NCBI GenBank assembly: GCA_963676105.1 | Contig: OY781039.1 | Span: 960,001-992,000 of the forward strand | Origin: Erysipelotrichaceae bacterium | GTDB lineage: Bacteria; Bacillota_I; Bacilli_A; Erysipelotrichales; Erysipelotrichaceae | Length of the DNA: 32,000 bases | Reading direction: 5' to 3' | Part shown: in pieces, positions 8,898 through 18,239 of the stretch | Position numbering within the stretch: position 1 is the stretch's first letter | Layout: the number at the start of each line of letters is the position of its first letter | Notes under the pieces: model-generated | What the model was told of the DNA's origin: nothing | Databases searched by the model: none | What the model saw: the letters and a program-made list of their open reading frames with translations, nothing else | Made by a program: the position numbers and the translations under genes

Positions 8898-8926
8898 TTG
8901 TTTGAACATCATGAAACCCCTATAAT
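8898..8926 (+). promoter_or_regulatory. Candidate sigma-A promoter for the AsnC-aminotransferase pair (TTGTTT-17 nt-TATAAT)
   Basis: Hexamers at 8898-8903 and 8921-8926 with 17-nt spacing, about 22 nt upstream of the ATG at 8948. Confidence 0.4.
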
Positions 8927-8947
8927 CTAATAAACGAGGTGAGAATC

Positions 8948-9433
8948 ATGGAAAAACTCTTAACATTATTAAAAGAAAATGCTAGAACTAGCGTTAAAGA
9001 TTTAGCCATTATGCTAAATCAAAGTGAAGAAGCGGTAGAAGCCGCGATTCGAGCCTATGAAGCCCAAGGGCTTTTAAAAGGTTATACAACCATTATTGAT
9101 GAATCACAATTAGATAATGCTCCAGTTAATGCATTAATCGAACTTAAAGTAGCACCTAAAAAAGAAGCTGGTTTTCAAGACATTGCAGATCGTGTTATGG
9201 CAATGGAAGAAGTGGAGTCTGTTTATTTGATGGCAGGTGTCTATGACTTAGCTGTATTTGTTAAAGGGAATAGTATGCACGATGTTGCGATGTTTGTCGC
9301 AAAACGTTTAAGTACTCTTGATGATGTACTATCAACCGCAACCCATTTTGTTTTATCTAAATATAAAGAAGGTGGCTTCATTCTAGATGATAAAAAAGAT
9401 GTGGATTTAAGAACTGAGTTATCGAAAGAATGA
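8948..9433 (+). CDS. Lrp/AsnC-family transcriptional regulator
   Basis: The N-terminal HTH (LLKENARTSVKDLAIMLNQSEEAVEAAIRAYEAQGLLKGY) is followed by an AsnC-type ligand domain. The ATG at 8948 is preceded by GAGGTGA; the track's GTG at 8939 is less likely. A 4-nt ATGA overlap links it to the aminotransferase, as in the alaR-alaT arrangement of Bacillus. Confidence 0.85.
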   Translation: MEKLLTLLKENARTSVKDLAIMLNQSEEAVEAAIRAYEAQGLLKGYTTIIDESQLDNAPVNALIELKVAPKKEAGFQDIADRVMAMEEVESVYLMAGVYDLAVFVKGNSMHDVAMFVAKRLSTLDDVLSTATHFVLSKYKEGGFILDDKKDVDLRTELSKE

Positions 9434-10590
9434 AACATATCAATCAAAAAATGCGCTTACTTAAGCCAGGTATGTTGCATAAATACTTAGAGATATCATC
9501 AAACCCCGATATCTTATCTTTAAGCATCGGTGAACCAGACTTTGCCACACCTTGGCATATACGTCAAGCTGGTATTGATGCCATAGAAGCAGGTAAAACC
9601 TTCTATACGCCTTCTAAAGGCTTATTAAGTTTAAGAAAAGAAATCACAGCTTTTTATGAACGCAAATATCATTTAAGCTATGATCCCCAAACAGAAGTTC
9701 TAACCACTATTGGTGCTTCTGAAGGCATTGAAATGGCCTTGCGTACCCTTTTAAATGAAGGTGATGAAGTGATTGTGGTTGCCCCAGCATATTTAAGCTA
9801 TGAACCATTAATCCTTATGGCAGGCGCAAAAGTTGTGACAGTTGATACAATTGCAGAAGATGGCTTTAGATTAAAAGCTGATCGATTACTTGAAAAAATT
9901 ACAGATAAAACTCGTGTAATAGTATTGAACTACCCTAATAATCCTACAGGTGCGATTATGACTCTAGCGGATTATGAAGCACTAGCTGATGTTTTAGAGG
10001 ATAAAGATATCTATGTTATCTCTGATGAAATCTATAGTGAACTTAACTATACAGAACATCCACATGCATCTATTGCCCAAATCCCATCAATGAAAGACAA
10101 AACGATTGTCTTAAATGGTTTCTCTAAAGCTTATTCAATGACAGGCTGGCGTTTAGGTTATATTCTAGCCAATAAAGAACTCATTGATTTCTTTGTGAAG
10201 TATCATCAAAATGCTATTCTATGTCCTCCTACTGTGTCACAGTTTGCTGGTATTGAAGCTTTAAAAAATGGGGACAGTGATATTGACTCCATGCGTGAAG
10301 AATATGACATTAGAAGACGATATGCAGTAGATAAACTAAATAACATGGGATTAACGGTTTCAAATCCTGACGGAGCTTTTTATCTCTTTGTCGATGTACA
10401 AAGTAAAACAGGTCTAAAATCTAATGAATTCTGTGAGAAACTCATAGAATCACAAAAAGTCGCTTTAATTCCAGGTATTGGCTTTGGTGAAGCAGGAGAA
10501 GGATTTATACGTTTCTCTTACTGTTATTCATTAGAACACATCAAAGAAGCAATAAGACGATTAGAAATATTTGTTCAAGAATTATCTTAA
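9430..10590 (+). CDS. Pyridoxal-phosphate-dependent class I/II aminotransferase (AlaT/aspartate aminotransferase-like)
   Basis: 386 aa. It carries NPNNPTG and the PLP-lysine motif NGFSKAYSMTGWRLGY, plus a C-terminal FIRFSY. Confidence 0.9.
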   Translation: MKHINQKMRLLKPGMLHKYLEISSNPDILSLSIGEPDFATPWHIRQAGIDAIEAGKTFYTPSKGLLSLRKEITAFYERKYHLSYDPQTEVLTTIGASEGIEMALRTLLNEGDEVIVVAPAYLSYEPLILMAGAKVVTVDTIAEDGFRLKADRLLEKITDKTRVIVLNYPNNPTGAIMTLADYEALADVLEDKDIYVISDEIYSELNYTEHPHASIAQIPSMKDKTIVLNGFSKAYSMTGWRLGYILANKELIDFFVKYHQNAILCPPTVSQFAGIEALKNGDSDIDSMREEYDIRRRYAVDKLNNMGLTVSNPDGAFYLFVDVQSKTGLKSNEFCEKLIESQKVALIPGIGFGEAGEGFIRFSYCYSLEHIKEAIRRLEIFVQELS

Positions 10591-10598
10591 AGTCAAAG

Positions 10599-10630
10599 GG
10601 TTGATACCAATACAAGTATCAACCTTTTTT
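10599..10630 (+). terminator. Rho-independent terminator after the aminotransferase gene
   Basis: 9-bp stem GGTTGATAC / GTATCAACC (10599-10607 and 10616-10624), 8-nt loop, then T6. Confidence 0.75.
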
Positions 10631-10632
10631 AT

Positions 10633-11101
10633 CTATCTTATCGCATAAAACTGTTTAACTTCAACCATTTGATATGCACTATCTAAATAACCTAAATCAA
10701 AGTTATACCACATCCAATGTGCAGTATTATCCAGATTATAATTTACTTCATTTGTATTAAATGAGTCTAAGTCACCTAATCTATACATTATGTAATCTTT
10801 TCCTAAATTCGAAGCAATCGAAGTCCCAAAACATATATAAGCTAAATCATTTGAATCAAATGAATTATTCGACTTTAATAGATAATCAGAATCAATCGTT
10901 GGTCTTGATTCAAATTGACTTAGAGTATAAATAAAATATCCACCTTTTAAAATTAAGTGATTATGATAAGTACTAATAGATAATCGACGTGCAAATTCTT
11001 CTTGAAAAAAATAAATTCAATATTTGTTGAAATGAGATATCTTTACTCACTGAAACGTTTCTAAGCCTTTGTAAAATGGATTGAGTAGTATCGTAACTCA
11101 T
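10633..11101 (-). pseudogene. AbiEii/AbiGii-family nucleotidyltransferase toxin, frameshifted in a homopolymer and only about half the usual length
   Basis: The ATG (11101-11099) overlaps the AbiEi stop as ATGA. Frame 1 gives MSYDTTQSILQRLRNVSVSKDISFQQILNLFF and then hits a stop after 42 codons. After the T7 run (plus-strand A7 at 11005-11011) the next frame reads QEEFARRLSISTYHNHLILKGGYFIYTLSQFESRPTIDSDYLL... down to a stop at 10635-10633. The LKGG and RPT-D-x-D motifs are typical of this family. Confidence 0.65.
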
Positions 11102-11694
11102 AACCACATTCCTACTCTATTTTCTGCTTTTTCACGGATATTAAATATATTTGCATATTCAATGAATTGCGAAATATTTTTTTTAGGATCATTTAAATAA
11201 TTTTTAATGGATTGTGTAACCACTTCTTTTTCCAATTTATTTTCATAGCGCAAAACATCACAGATTGTACGATCTCGATTATAGATTCTTATTATTTGAT
11301 GATTTAGCAAAAATGTACTTAAACCTATATCAAGAAATTCTGGTTTAATGTAAAAAGGTTTAATACTTGGGAAATCAATATTATATTTGCTTTTCTCTTC
11401 ATTTTTATTTATAGCAATCTGCCACTCACTAGGAATTCTATTAGTGTATTCATAATGTAAAAGCGCACTTTCAAGAAAAATAACTGCCTTTGGATACAAT
11501 TTCGAAATAATAATTTGATCTTCAACAAAATCGTTTACCATTTGGTAATAGCCTTGTTTTATTTTCGAAATGATTTGATCATTAACGAGTTTCTTGATTT
11601 GTCGACTACTCAATCCTAATTCATTTAATTGTCTACTCGTCATAACACCATTTTCTTGTGTGAACTCTTTAATCAACTGTTTTGTACCAATCAT
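11098..11694 (-). CDS. AbiEi-family type IV toxin-antitoxin antitoxin / transcriptional regulator
   Basis: 198 aa. The N-terminal wHTH (GVMTSRQLNELGLSSRQIKKLVNDQIISKIKQGYY) is characteristic of the AbiEi_4 domain. It is followed immediately by the AbiEii remnant. Confidence 0.8.
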   Translation of the reverse strand: MIGTKQLIKEFTQENGVMTSRQLNELGLSSRQIKKLVNDQIISKIKQGYYQMVNDFVEDQIIISKLYPKAVIFLESALLHYEYTNRIPSEWQIAINKNEEKSKYNIDFPSIKPFYIKPEFLDIGLSTFLLNHQIIRIYNRDRTICDVLRYENKLEKEVVTQSIKNYLNDPKKNISQFIEYANIFNIREKAENRVGMWL

Positions 11695-11771
11695 TTTGCA
11701 CTTTCATACTCTCTTTTTATTTATACAAGCGTATATCTAAGTGCATTTTAATATGATTCAATTAGCTCAAC

Positions 11772-11805
11772 AAAAAAAAGGATCTCTAGTTTCCTAAAGA
11801 TCCTT
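11772..11805 (-). terminator. Rho-independent terminator after the giant surface-protein gene
   Basis: The minus strand reads AAGGATCT-ttaggaaactag-AGATCCTT followed by T8. It lies 44 nt downstream of the stop at 11849. Confidence 0.75.
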
Positions 11806-11848
11806 CGTTTAACACTATATCATTTATTGGGTTACCCCAACATTTGAC

Positions 11849-14800
11849 TTAGAGCCTATTAAATTTAAATCGATACGTAAAGTAAGCAACAATGCTTACA
11901 ATTAATCCTAAACCTAAATACCAAATAAAGTTATTACTTGAAGTAGCCGTTGTGATTGTACTTGCTTCACTCTCATCAGGTTCGTCTACTCTAGCTTTCA
12001 TTTCCTTTTTCACTAAAGTAAAGGTCGAGAACTTATCAGATACAAAGCTAAAGGTGTAATTATCATTTAATGTTACCGGGAGTATATCAACTTCACCATC
12101 ATGGACACGTAAAACTTCAAGTTGACCAATACCTACAAATTCTGAAGGAAGGGATAAAGTAAACTCTAATTCACCCGTATTGCTTAAAACTGTTTCACCA
12201 TTGCCATTTTTTTGAGTAATAGAAATACTAATAGGATAAATTAAATTTGAATTTAGTAAATGCTCATCCATATAGGATTGTGTTAGAGTTTTATCTTCTT
12301 CACTAATTACGGTAGAAACTGAAATATCATATTCGACCTTTTTACCAGAAATTAAATCATTGAAGTTTAGAATGTTTATTAAACCACTGACTTCAAATTC
12401 AACATCAAATTCTTTATTCAATGTTATTTGATCTTTGTATATATCTAAAACAATACTTTCTAAACTTACTTTTTCTTCATAAGTTAAATACTTAATAAAG
12501 TTTTCATTTGCATTAAAGCTCTCTTTAATAAGTTCTTTCTTAGCGCTTGTACTTAATGTATTTGCACTAAATAAATCTTGAAGTTGAGTAATCGAAGTCA
12601 TTTGTTCCGTTGTAGGAAGTGTAGTTTGTGATGATACGGTAACTGTTGTCGTAGTTGTAGAAGAGCTGGAACTACTAGATGAACTATCAGTAATTGTTTC
12701 AGTTGTTTTAACAGTAATTTCACAGGTATCGATAAACTCATTAACCGTTAATGTAATTGTTGCACTACCAACATCTATTGCCTTGATATTACCTTTCCCA
12801 TCAACACTTACAACACTTGGATCTGAACTTTCCCATGTAATTGTTCTTGGTTGAGTACTTTCTAATGGAAATACATCTGCATAAAGTTTTGATGTATCAT
12901 CTACTTCCATGTTCAAACTAGATTCATTTATTGCGATAGATGTAATCAATTCACCTGTATAAGGCTGTTCACTTAAAGTCGCAATGTAATATTGACCATC
13001 TTTTTGAACTAATGCTTTATTATTTCCTAATAAAATTGCTGATTCATAATCATCAGACAAATCACCTACAACATTCCCATTCTCATCTAAAATCTCTAAT
13101 GCGAATTCATCCTCAGCTGCATTGACATCCAAGAAGAATGTACTCATTAATAATTTCATAAATGGATTATAACTAGTGCTCGTATCAGGTGCAGTCCCAC
13201 TTGTCCCAATCGCAAAACCATCAGTGTATTCACTGACTGAATCATATTTATTATTGAATGAAACAATGAAGTTTTTATCTTCATCCATTACACCTACTTG
13301 ATAGGTTCCGTATGTACTATTATAGATTTCTAAGTTCCATGTATCATTTGTTGTATTTAAACTAATATTTGAATAGTCAAAATCAAGATATACACTACCA
13401 TCACTATTTAAAATACCATAGTAATCATACATAGTATTGAACACTGTGTCATAAACTGAATAACTTGCGATAAAGTATTCATTATCAGTCGTACTTACTC
13501 TACTTAAAGAACTTATATCTAAATCTACATCTAAACTAAATGTTTCAATGTTTGAAGTATTATCACTTAAGAATGTTGTCCATACACTTCCATGCATTTG
13601 AGTATCGGTAATAGCACTATCACTTATAATCATCCAATTTTCATCGAATTTTTTGAGATAAAAATCTCCATCCAGATAATAGGCATATTGATATGCTGCT
13701 CCATCAAAGAGTTCACCATTTTTATCAGCTAAACCAGTATATTGATTATTATTGATTCTAATCAAACCTCGTTCATCAAAACTTGGTGTTAGACTTGTTA
13801 AACTTGTTTGTTTTGTCGAAGTAATAGAAGTATAAATCATATCTAATACGATACCATCACTTTTATTTACCAAACCAAAAGATGCATCTTGGTTAAATAC
13901 TGCATTACCATCACCATCAAAATTATCAATGAGATCATATTCAGGTTCTAACATATATGTTCCATCTAAATTCAAAATTCCAAATTTTCGATTGCTGAAA
14001 GAACTTGAATCAATATTGTCATTACTTGTATCAGAATCTAAATAATTACCAAAGATGCCCACAACAACTACTCCATCTTTGACAAGATCACTAGAATTAT
14101 AGCCTGAATTACCTACAGGAATATATGCTCCTGTAGAAATATCGAAGATATCAAAAACGTTCGCAATCATTCCATCCGAATTTTCACCAGTTATCATTAA
14201 ATCAAATTGATTAGTATTTTCATTAAAACTTATGTTACCGCAAGTTAATTCAACAGGATCTAAACTTGCACATGCCACTGGGTTTCCTTCAAGATCGAAC
14301 AGTCCCCAATTTTGAGACATATTCATACTTGCCTCAAAATAACCTTTTACAATATTTAGATTGTTAAAGTACCCAGTTGGTAATATTTCATTCCCTGCAA
14401 GATCATTAACACCATATGTAAAGTCAACTGCATATACATTGGTATCACTTCCACCTTTGACCATTAGTCTGTATGGGCCAGGTTGTTGTTCCCACAAGAC
14501 ATCTGTACTCAATTCACCCAAAGCATTTACAAACGAGAATCCATCTCGAGTATTTGTATCTAAATAGTTATTTTCATATTTAAAGCTAGAAGTATTAAAA
14601 TCATACACATTTCTTAAATATAAATCTTCATAAGATTCACCACCATTGAAAGAAATCATAAAATTAGTTTCTTGTTTAACTTCTAATTGTCCATTTTCAA
14701 TACTTTGACCTGACGCAATATAAGTACTAAGATCTGAAATTATATTACCGTTTAAATCATAAATCCCTTCATTCGTCCAATCCTGATAATACGGAAGAAT

Positions 14801-17686
14801 GAAATTGTATTCTAAATTAATTTCGAATTGTTGGTATGGATTTGAATTATAAATATCAAACAAAACAGTTCCATCCTTTTTAATAAGTCCTGCTTTTGAG
14901 TAATCATTACTTCTTACTTCAATTAAAGTTGTACTTCCATCAACATTATTTCCGAATGTACCAGGATAATCTAAAACTGTTGTATCAGTTACTAAGGCAA
15001 AACCATTAACACCACTCAATTGATAATTTACTAAAATCCCACTTTGATAAATAGAATCAAAATAAACTGGATTATCACTATCATCTACAAAAGTATAATT
15101 ACCATTACTATCAATGATCGTTGAAGTATTGGAAGTGCTTTGATAAATCACACCTTCACTTACACCGAAGCTATATGTTGTGGAACTTGAATCTTCAACC
15201 CACATCAAACCATTTACATTTAAAATACCTTCTTTATCATTTGATGTATTTACATATGTAAAATATTCATCACTAAAACTTGGAGAAATATTAATGCCTA
15301 AATCATTTAGAACATTGTTTGTTGCATCATAATACATATAACCATCACCAGAACTGGTAGTGTATTTATATAAATTAAAATTTTCTTGAGACCATGATGT
15401 AATAGTTTGACTAGTAATAGAACTAGGTAATTCATGGTAAGCCAATTGGCTTGAAGAATCTAAGTAATAGAATTTAATGGAATTGTCAGCAAAATAGACT
15501 AGATTCCCTTCAATATCATTAGCGTCTGTAATAACACCCAATGAAATATAGGATGTATCGTAAGCTGTTACTGCTCCATTTGTATCTAGTTTTAAAGCAA
15601 TGCCATTTGTGTAGCTTGAAACGGCAGCCGCATCCGTTAAAATAGCTTCATTTTTCGTAATTCCATCAACAAACGCAAAAGTATTTGTTGTTTTAATTAA
15701 AGCTGGTTCCGAGCCATATTTAGTTGCTTGAGTTAAATCAACTATGCTGGTTAAAGTACTATCATTTAAATGGATATAATCATATGTTGAGTCTGAATTA
15801 TATGTAATGACAAGATTTCGAACCCCATCATAGTCAAAATGATCATAAATTGCTGTAATCCCACTTGGATTTAAAACATAATTTCCACTGCCTGATGTAT
15901 TTATTAAGCCATAATTTGAATCTGTAGTAGTGATAGTAGCATAACCACTCTCATTAAATTCAGTAATGTAAACAATGTCATTAAATACTTTTAAACCACT
16001 ATCTGTATTATATGTAAAACCATAAGAAACATACGCGCTATCAACTAACGTTTGATAGGTTCCGCTTATTGTATCATTCATCGGTTCGTTGACAATTAAA
16101 TTGTAAACATCATTTAGGATAAAAGAGCTTGTCTCTTTATCATACAAGCTTGATAAAGCATTCGAATCATCTATTTGTTCATAAACAACCTTGTAACGAC
16201 CATAGGCTTGAAAGACACTACCATTATCGGTTAAACATGCATCAGAGGCAGATAAGTCCTCTAATGATTGTGTTGTAGTTACATTACTTAAATCAAAATA
16301 GTAATTTTGATATTGTGGGTTATTATAGGAATCATTCCCTAAATATTCCATAATATTTACCCAACCAGTACTATCAATATTCAAGTTGCCAGTTACATCA
16401 GATGTAAGTAACTTTACATAAGAACCATTACTCTTAAATAAAAGATTTGATGTAGTTGTTGTATCTTGGCCATTTTGAAGTGTAATAAATCCATCTCTAT
16501 TTGAATAAATACTACTATAGGAATTACCTTCTCCAAAAAGATTTGTCTTACTTGAATCAGATGAATTGTAAAGGTATGAAGAACAATCTAAATTCCCACT
16601 TGTGTATGTACATGATCTTAATTCAGTTAAACTTGAATCTAAATAAGATGTGAATTCATAAGAAAAAACACCTGTCGGATCATATCCAGTAATAAATTCT
16701 TGTGTTTCAGGATCTAAACGACCAATAATCGTTGTAGTTCCAGTATAAGAAACCACTTCAAAATAACCATTAAAATTATCATAGAAAACATAATCATATT
16801 TATCAAAATCTATAACAGCATTTACTACTACAGTATCAGTCTCATCAACACTTAACTCAAACAAACCACTTTGTGTTGAAGCACCAGAATCCATACTAGA
16901 AGAATCTTGTTGTAATAAAACGACATAATCATGATTTTCTGATTTTACATATTGAATTGAATTATATGGCTCAGTAAAACCAATCAAATCACCGTTAACA
17001 TCTACCAACCAAGCTTCATTAGTCGAATAACTTTGGCTATTATTTATACCTACATGCACAATACTATAATTATCAGAAATATTTTCTAGAAAGATATAAT
17101 CATATTCACTAAGTGTTATCGAGCTTGGTTTCCCAATATCACTAAAACTTACATTCGTTGAATCATATTTTTTAACTTCACTTTTCCATACTTCTTGGTT
17201 ATCTATAATCATTTTATAAGATAGTTGAATAATATTATTATTATCGATATTTGGAATATATGCATATTTAATTTCTAAAACTTCAGAACCATCAGTTTGA
17301 GAGTACAAACCTTGGTTTTGTTCAATGTTTTCGCCATTAACAACATACTGTGTTACTAAATAAAAGTTATTATTAGTGTCGAAAGGAATAATCTCATCAT
17401 AGATTGGTGCAAGTTTAACAACACCACTTGAATTCATTAGACCATATTTGGTTTCACCTTCTGTTGTGGTGCTATCTGCAATAATCGCAATCCCATTTGT
17501 ATTAAAACGATCAATACTGTCAATTGAATAACTACCAGTAGCTAAAGCACTACCATCAATTTCTAATACCATTTCTGTTGCTGTTTCAACCGCTTTAACA
17601 TCTAAAACTAAAAAAGATGTAAAACTGTTTGTCGCAAGCAACAAACCTAAACTTACACTTAAAAATTTATGGATTAATGTCTTCAT
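11849..17686 (-). CDS. Giant (1945 aa) secreted surface protein with WG/KWG-type repeats, a Big_2 Ig-like domain, a Ser/Thr linker and a C-terminal TM anchor
   Basis: The signal peptide is MKTLIHKFLSVSLGLLLATNSFTSFLVLDVKA. There are many [WFY]G-[LI]-x-[ND]-x-x-G units (YGLMNSSGVVKLAPIYDEI, WGLFDLEGNPV, FGILNLDGTYMLEPEYDLI, YGILNSDGSVYLDFDY). The Big_2-like segment is ITSIAINESSLNMEVDDTSKLYADVFPL...ITWESSDPSVVSVDGKGNIKAIDVGSATITLTV, followed by S9T5. The terminal FIWYLGLGLIVSIVAYFTYRFKFNRL has no LPXTG. A strong AGGTGGGGG RBS precedes the start. Confidence 0.85.
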   Translation of the reverse strand: MKTLIHKFLSVSLGLLLATNSFTSFLVLDVKAVETATEMVLEIDGSALATGSYSIDSIDRFNTNGIAIIADSTTTEGETKYGLMNSSGVVKLAPIYDEIIPFDTNNNFYLVTQYVVNGENIEQNQGLYSQTDGSEVLEIKYAYIPNIDNNNIIQLSYKMIIDNQEVWKSEVKKYDSTNVSFSDIGKPSSITLSEYDYIFLENISDNYSIVHVGINNSQSYSTNEAWLVDVNGDLIGFTEPYNSIQYVKSENHDYVVLLQQDSSSMDSGASTQSGLFELSVDETDTVVVNAVIDFDKYDYVFYDNFNGYFEVVSYTGTTTIIGRLDPETQEFITGYDPTGVFSYEFTSYLDSSLTELRSCTYTSGNLDCSSYLYNSSDSSKTNLFGEGNSYSSIYSNRDGFITLQNGQDTTTTSNLLFKSNGSYVKLLTSDVTGNLNIDSTGWVNIMEYLGNDSYNNPQYQNYYFDLSNVTTTQSLEDLSASDACLTDNGSVFQAYGRYKVVYEQIDDSNALSSLYDKETSSFILNDVYNLIVNEPMNDTISGTYQTLVDSAYVSYGFTYNTDSGLKVFNDIVYITEFNESGYATITTTDSNYGLINTSGSGNYVLNPSGITAIYDHFDYDGVRNLVITYNSDSTYDYIHLNDSTLTSIVDLTQATKYGSEPALIKTTNTFAFVDGITKNEAILTDAAAVSSYTNGIALKLDTNGAVTAYDTSYISLGVITDANDIEGNLVYFADNSIKFYYLDSSSQLAYHELPSSITSQTITSWSQENFNLYKYTTSSGDGYMYYDATNNVLNDLGINISPSFSDEYFTYVNTSNDKEGILNVNGLMWVEDSSSTTYSFGVSEGVIYQSTSNTSTIIDSNGNYTFVDDSDNPVYFDSIYQSGILVNYQLSGVNGFALVTDTTVLDYPGTFGNNVDGSTTLIEVRSNDYSKAGLIKKDGTVLFDIYNSNPYQQFEINLEYNFILPYYQDWTNEGIYDLNGNIISDLSTYIASGQSIENGQLEVKQETNFMISFNGGESYEDLYLRNVYDFNTSSFKYENNYLDTNTRDGFSFVNALGELSTDVLWEQQPGPYRLMVKGGSDTNVYAVDFTYGVNDLAGNEILPTGYFNNLNIVKGYFEASMNMSQNWGLFDLEGNPVACASLDPVELTCGNISFNENTNQFDLMITGENSDGMIANVFDIFDISTGAYIPVGNSGYNSSDLVKDGVVVVGIFGNYLDSDTSNDNIDSSSFSNRKFGILNLDGTYMLEPEYDLIDNFDGDGNAVFNQDASFGLVNKSDGIVLDMIYTSITSTKQTSLTSLTPSFDERGLIRINNNQYTGLADKNGELFDGAAYQYAYYLDGDFYLKKFDENWMIISDSAITDTQMHGSVWTTFLSDNTSNIETFSLDVDLDISSLSRVSTTDNEYFIASYSVYDTVFNTMYDYYGILNSDGSVYLDFDYSNISLNTTNDTWNLEIYNSTYGTYQVGVMDEDKNFIVSFNNKYDSVSEYTDGFAIGTSGTAPDTSTSYNPFMKLLMSTFFLDVNAAEDEFALEILDENGNVVGDLSDDYESAILLGNNKALVQKDGQYYIATLSEQPYTGELITSIAINESSLNMEVDDTSKLYADVFPLESTQPRTITWESSDPSVVSVDGKGNIKAIDVGSATITLTVNEFIDTCEITVKTTETITDSSSSSSSSSTTTTTVTVSSQTTLPTTEQMTSITQLQDLFSANTLSTSAKKELIKESFNANENFIKYLTYEEKVSLESIVLDIYKDQITLNKEFDVEFEVSGLINILNFNDLISGKKVEYDISVSTVISEEDKTLTQSYMDEHLLNSNLIYPISISITQKNGNGETVLSNTGELEFTLSLPSEFVGIGQLEVLRVHDGEVDILPVTLNDNYTFSFVSDKFSTFTLVKKEMKARVDEPDESEASTITTATSSNNFIWYLGLGLIVSIVAYFTYRFKFNRL

Positions 17687-17757
17687 ATTTCCCCCACCTA
17701 TATTTATTTAAATATATATACTTATATTATAAGGAAATTCACACAATAATGGTAGAA

Positions 17758-17790
17758 ACTGATAGTATGCATTTTATGCATATTATCAGT
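17758..17790. promoter_or_regulatory. 33-bp near-perfect palindrome upstream of the giant-protein gene (candidate operator)
   Basis: ACTGATAGTATGCAT-ttt-ATGCATATTATCAGT, with 14 of 15 arm positions complementary. It lies 72-104 nt upstream of the start codon at 17686, just upstream of a TATAAT box on the minus strand. Confidence 0.4.
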
Positions 17791-17892
17791 GTAGTTTTAT
17801 GTATTTTGTACACGTATATATCCGCTTTCAAATTTTAGAGCAGATTTTTAAGTGCATTTTGAATATTTAATTTCGAAATCTAATTATTGAAA

Positions 17893-18012
17893 TGCTCCAA
17901 TAATTTGATTGTTCTATATAAAAACATATAAACAATCATCAATATCTTTATTATCCACACCCACTAAGATACTAATTTCATCAGTACTTTGGGCATTGGT
18001 TCGTGTGTCAAT
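17893..18012 (-). pseudogene. Decayed duplicate of the aspartokinase gene's 3' end (last ~37 codons)
   Basis: It aligns with 19349-19466 and includes a 23-nt identical core, ATCTTTATTATCCACACCCACTA, at 17944 and 19398. Its minus-strand translation IDTRTNAQSTDEISILVGVDNKDIDDCLYVFI-stop compares with INIRTIAQGTDEISILVGVDNKDFEDSLHVLYEQFIG of the intact gene. Confidence 0.8.
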
Positions 18013-18180
18013 AAAGGGTAATTCAAAATTTTTTTAATTGTACTCTTATTAGACATACTAAATTGTATAAATATTTAAGGCCACTATTAACTGAGTGTAG
18101 AATGTTTATATAAATTCGTTTAAGTTAACTTCAACAATTTTATCGAATGTAGTGGATATGGCTTGTTATAAGATGTACAT

Positions 18181-18239
18181 GGAAAGTCTCTCTTCTCTGA
18201 TTTGTCGTAATTTCAGTATAAGAGATTTTCCGCTTTTTT
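18181..18239 (+). terminator. Terminator-like interrupted hairpin plus T6 inside the leader of the Abi_2 gene
   Basis: Three paired segments: GGAAA/TTTCC, TCTCTT/AAGAGA and CTGA/TCAG, about 15 bp in total. The loop is 12 nt, and GC plus T6 (18234-18239) follow. It is on the same strand as the Abi gene and 155 nt upstream of it. Confidence 0.45.

Noticed and set aside
9241-9447. 68-aa minus-strand ORF
   Set aside because: It lies antisense inside the AsnC-family gene and is considered spurious.
14361-14567. 68-aa plus-strand ORF inside the giant gene
   Set aside because: It lies antisense to a continuous 1945-codon frame and is considered spurious.
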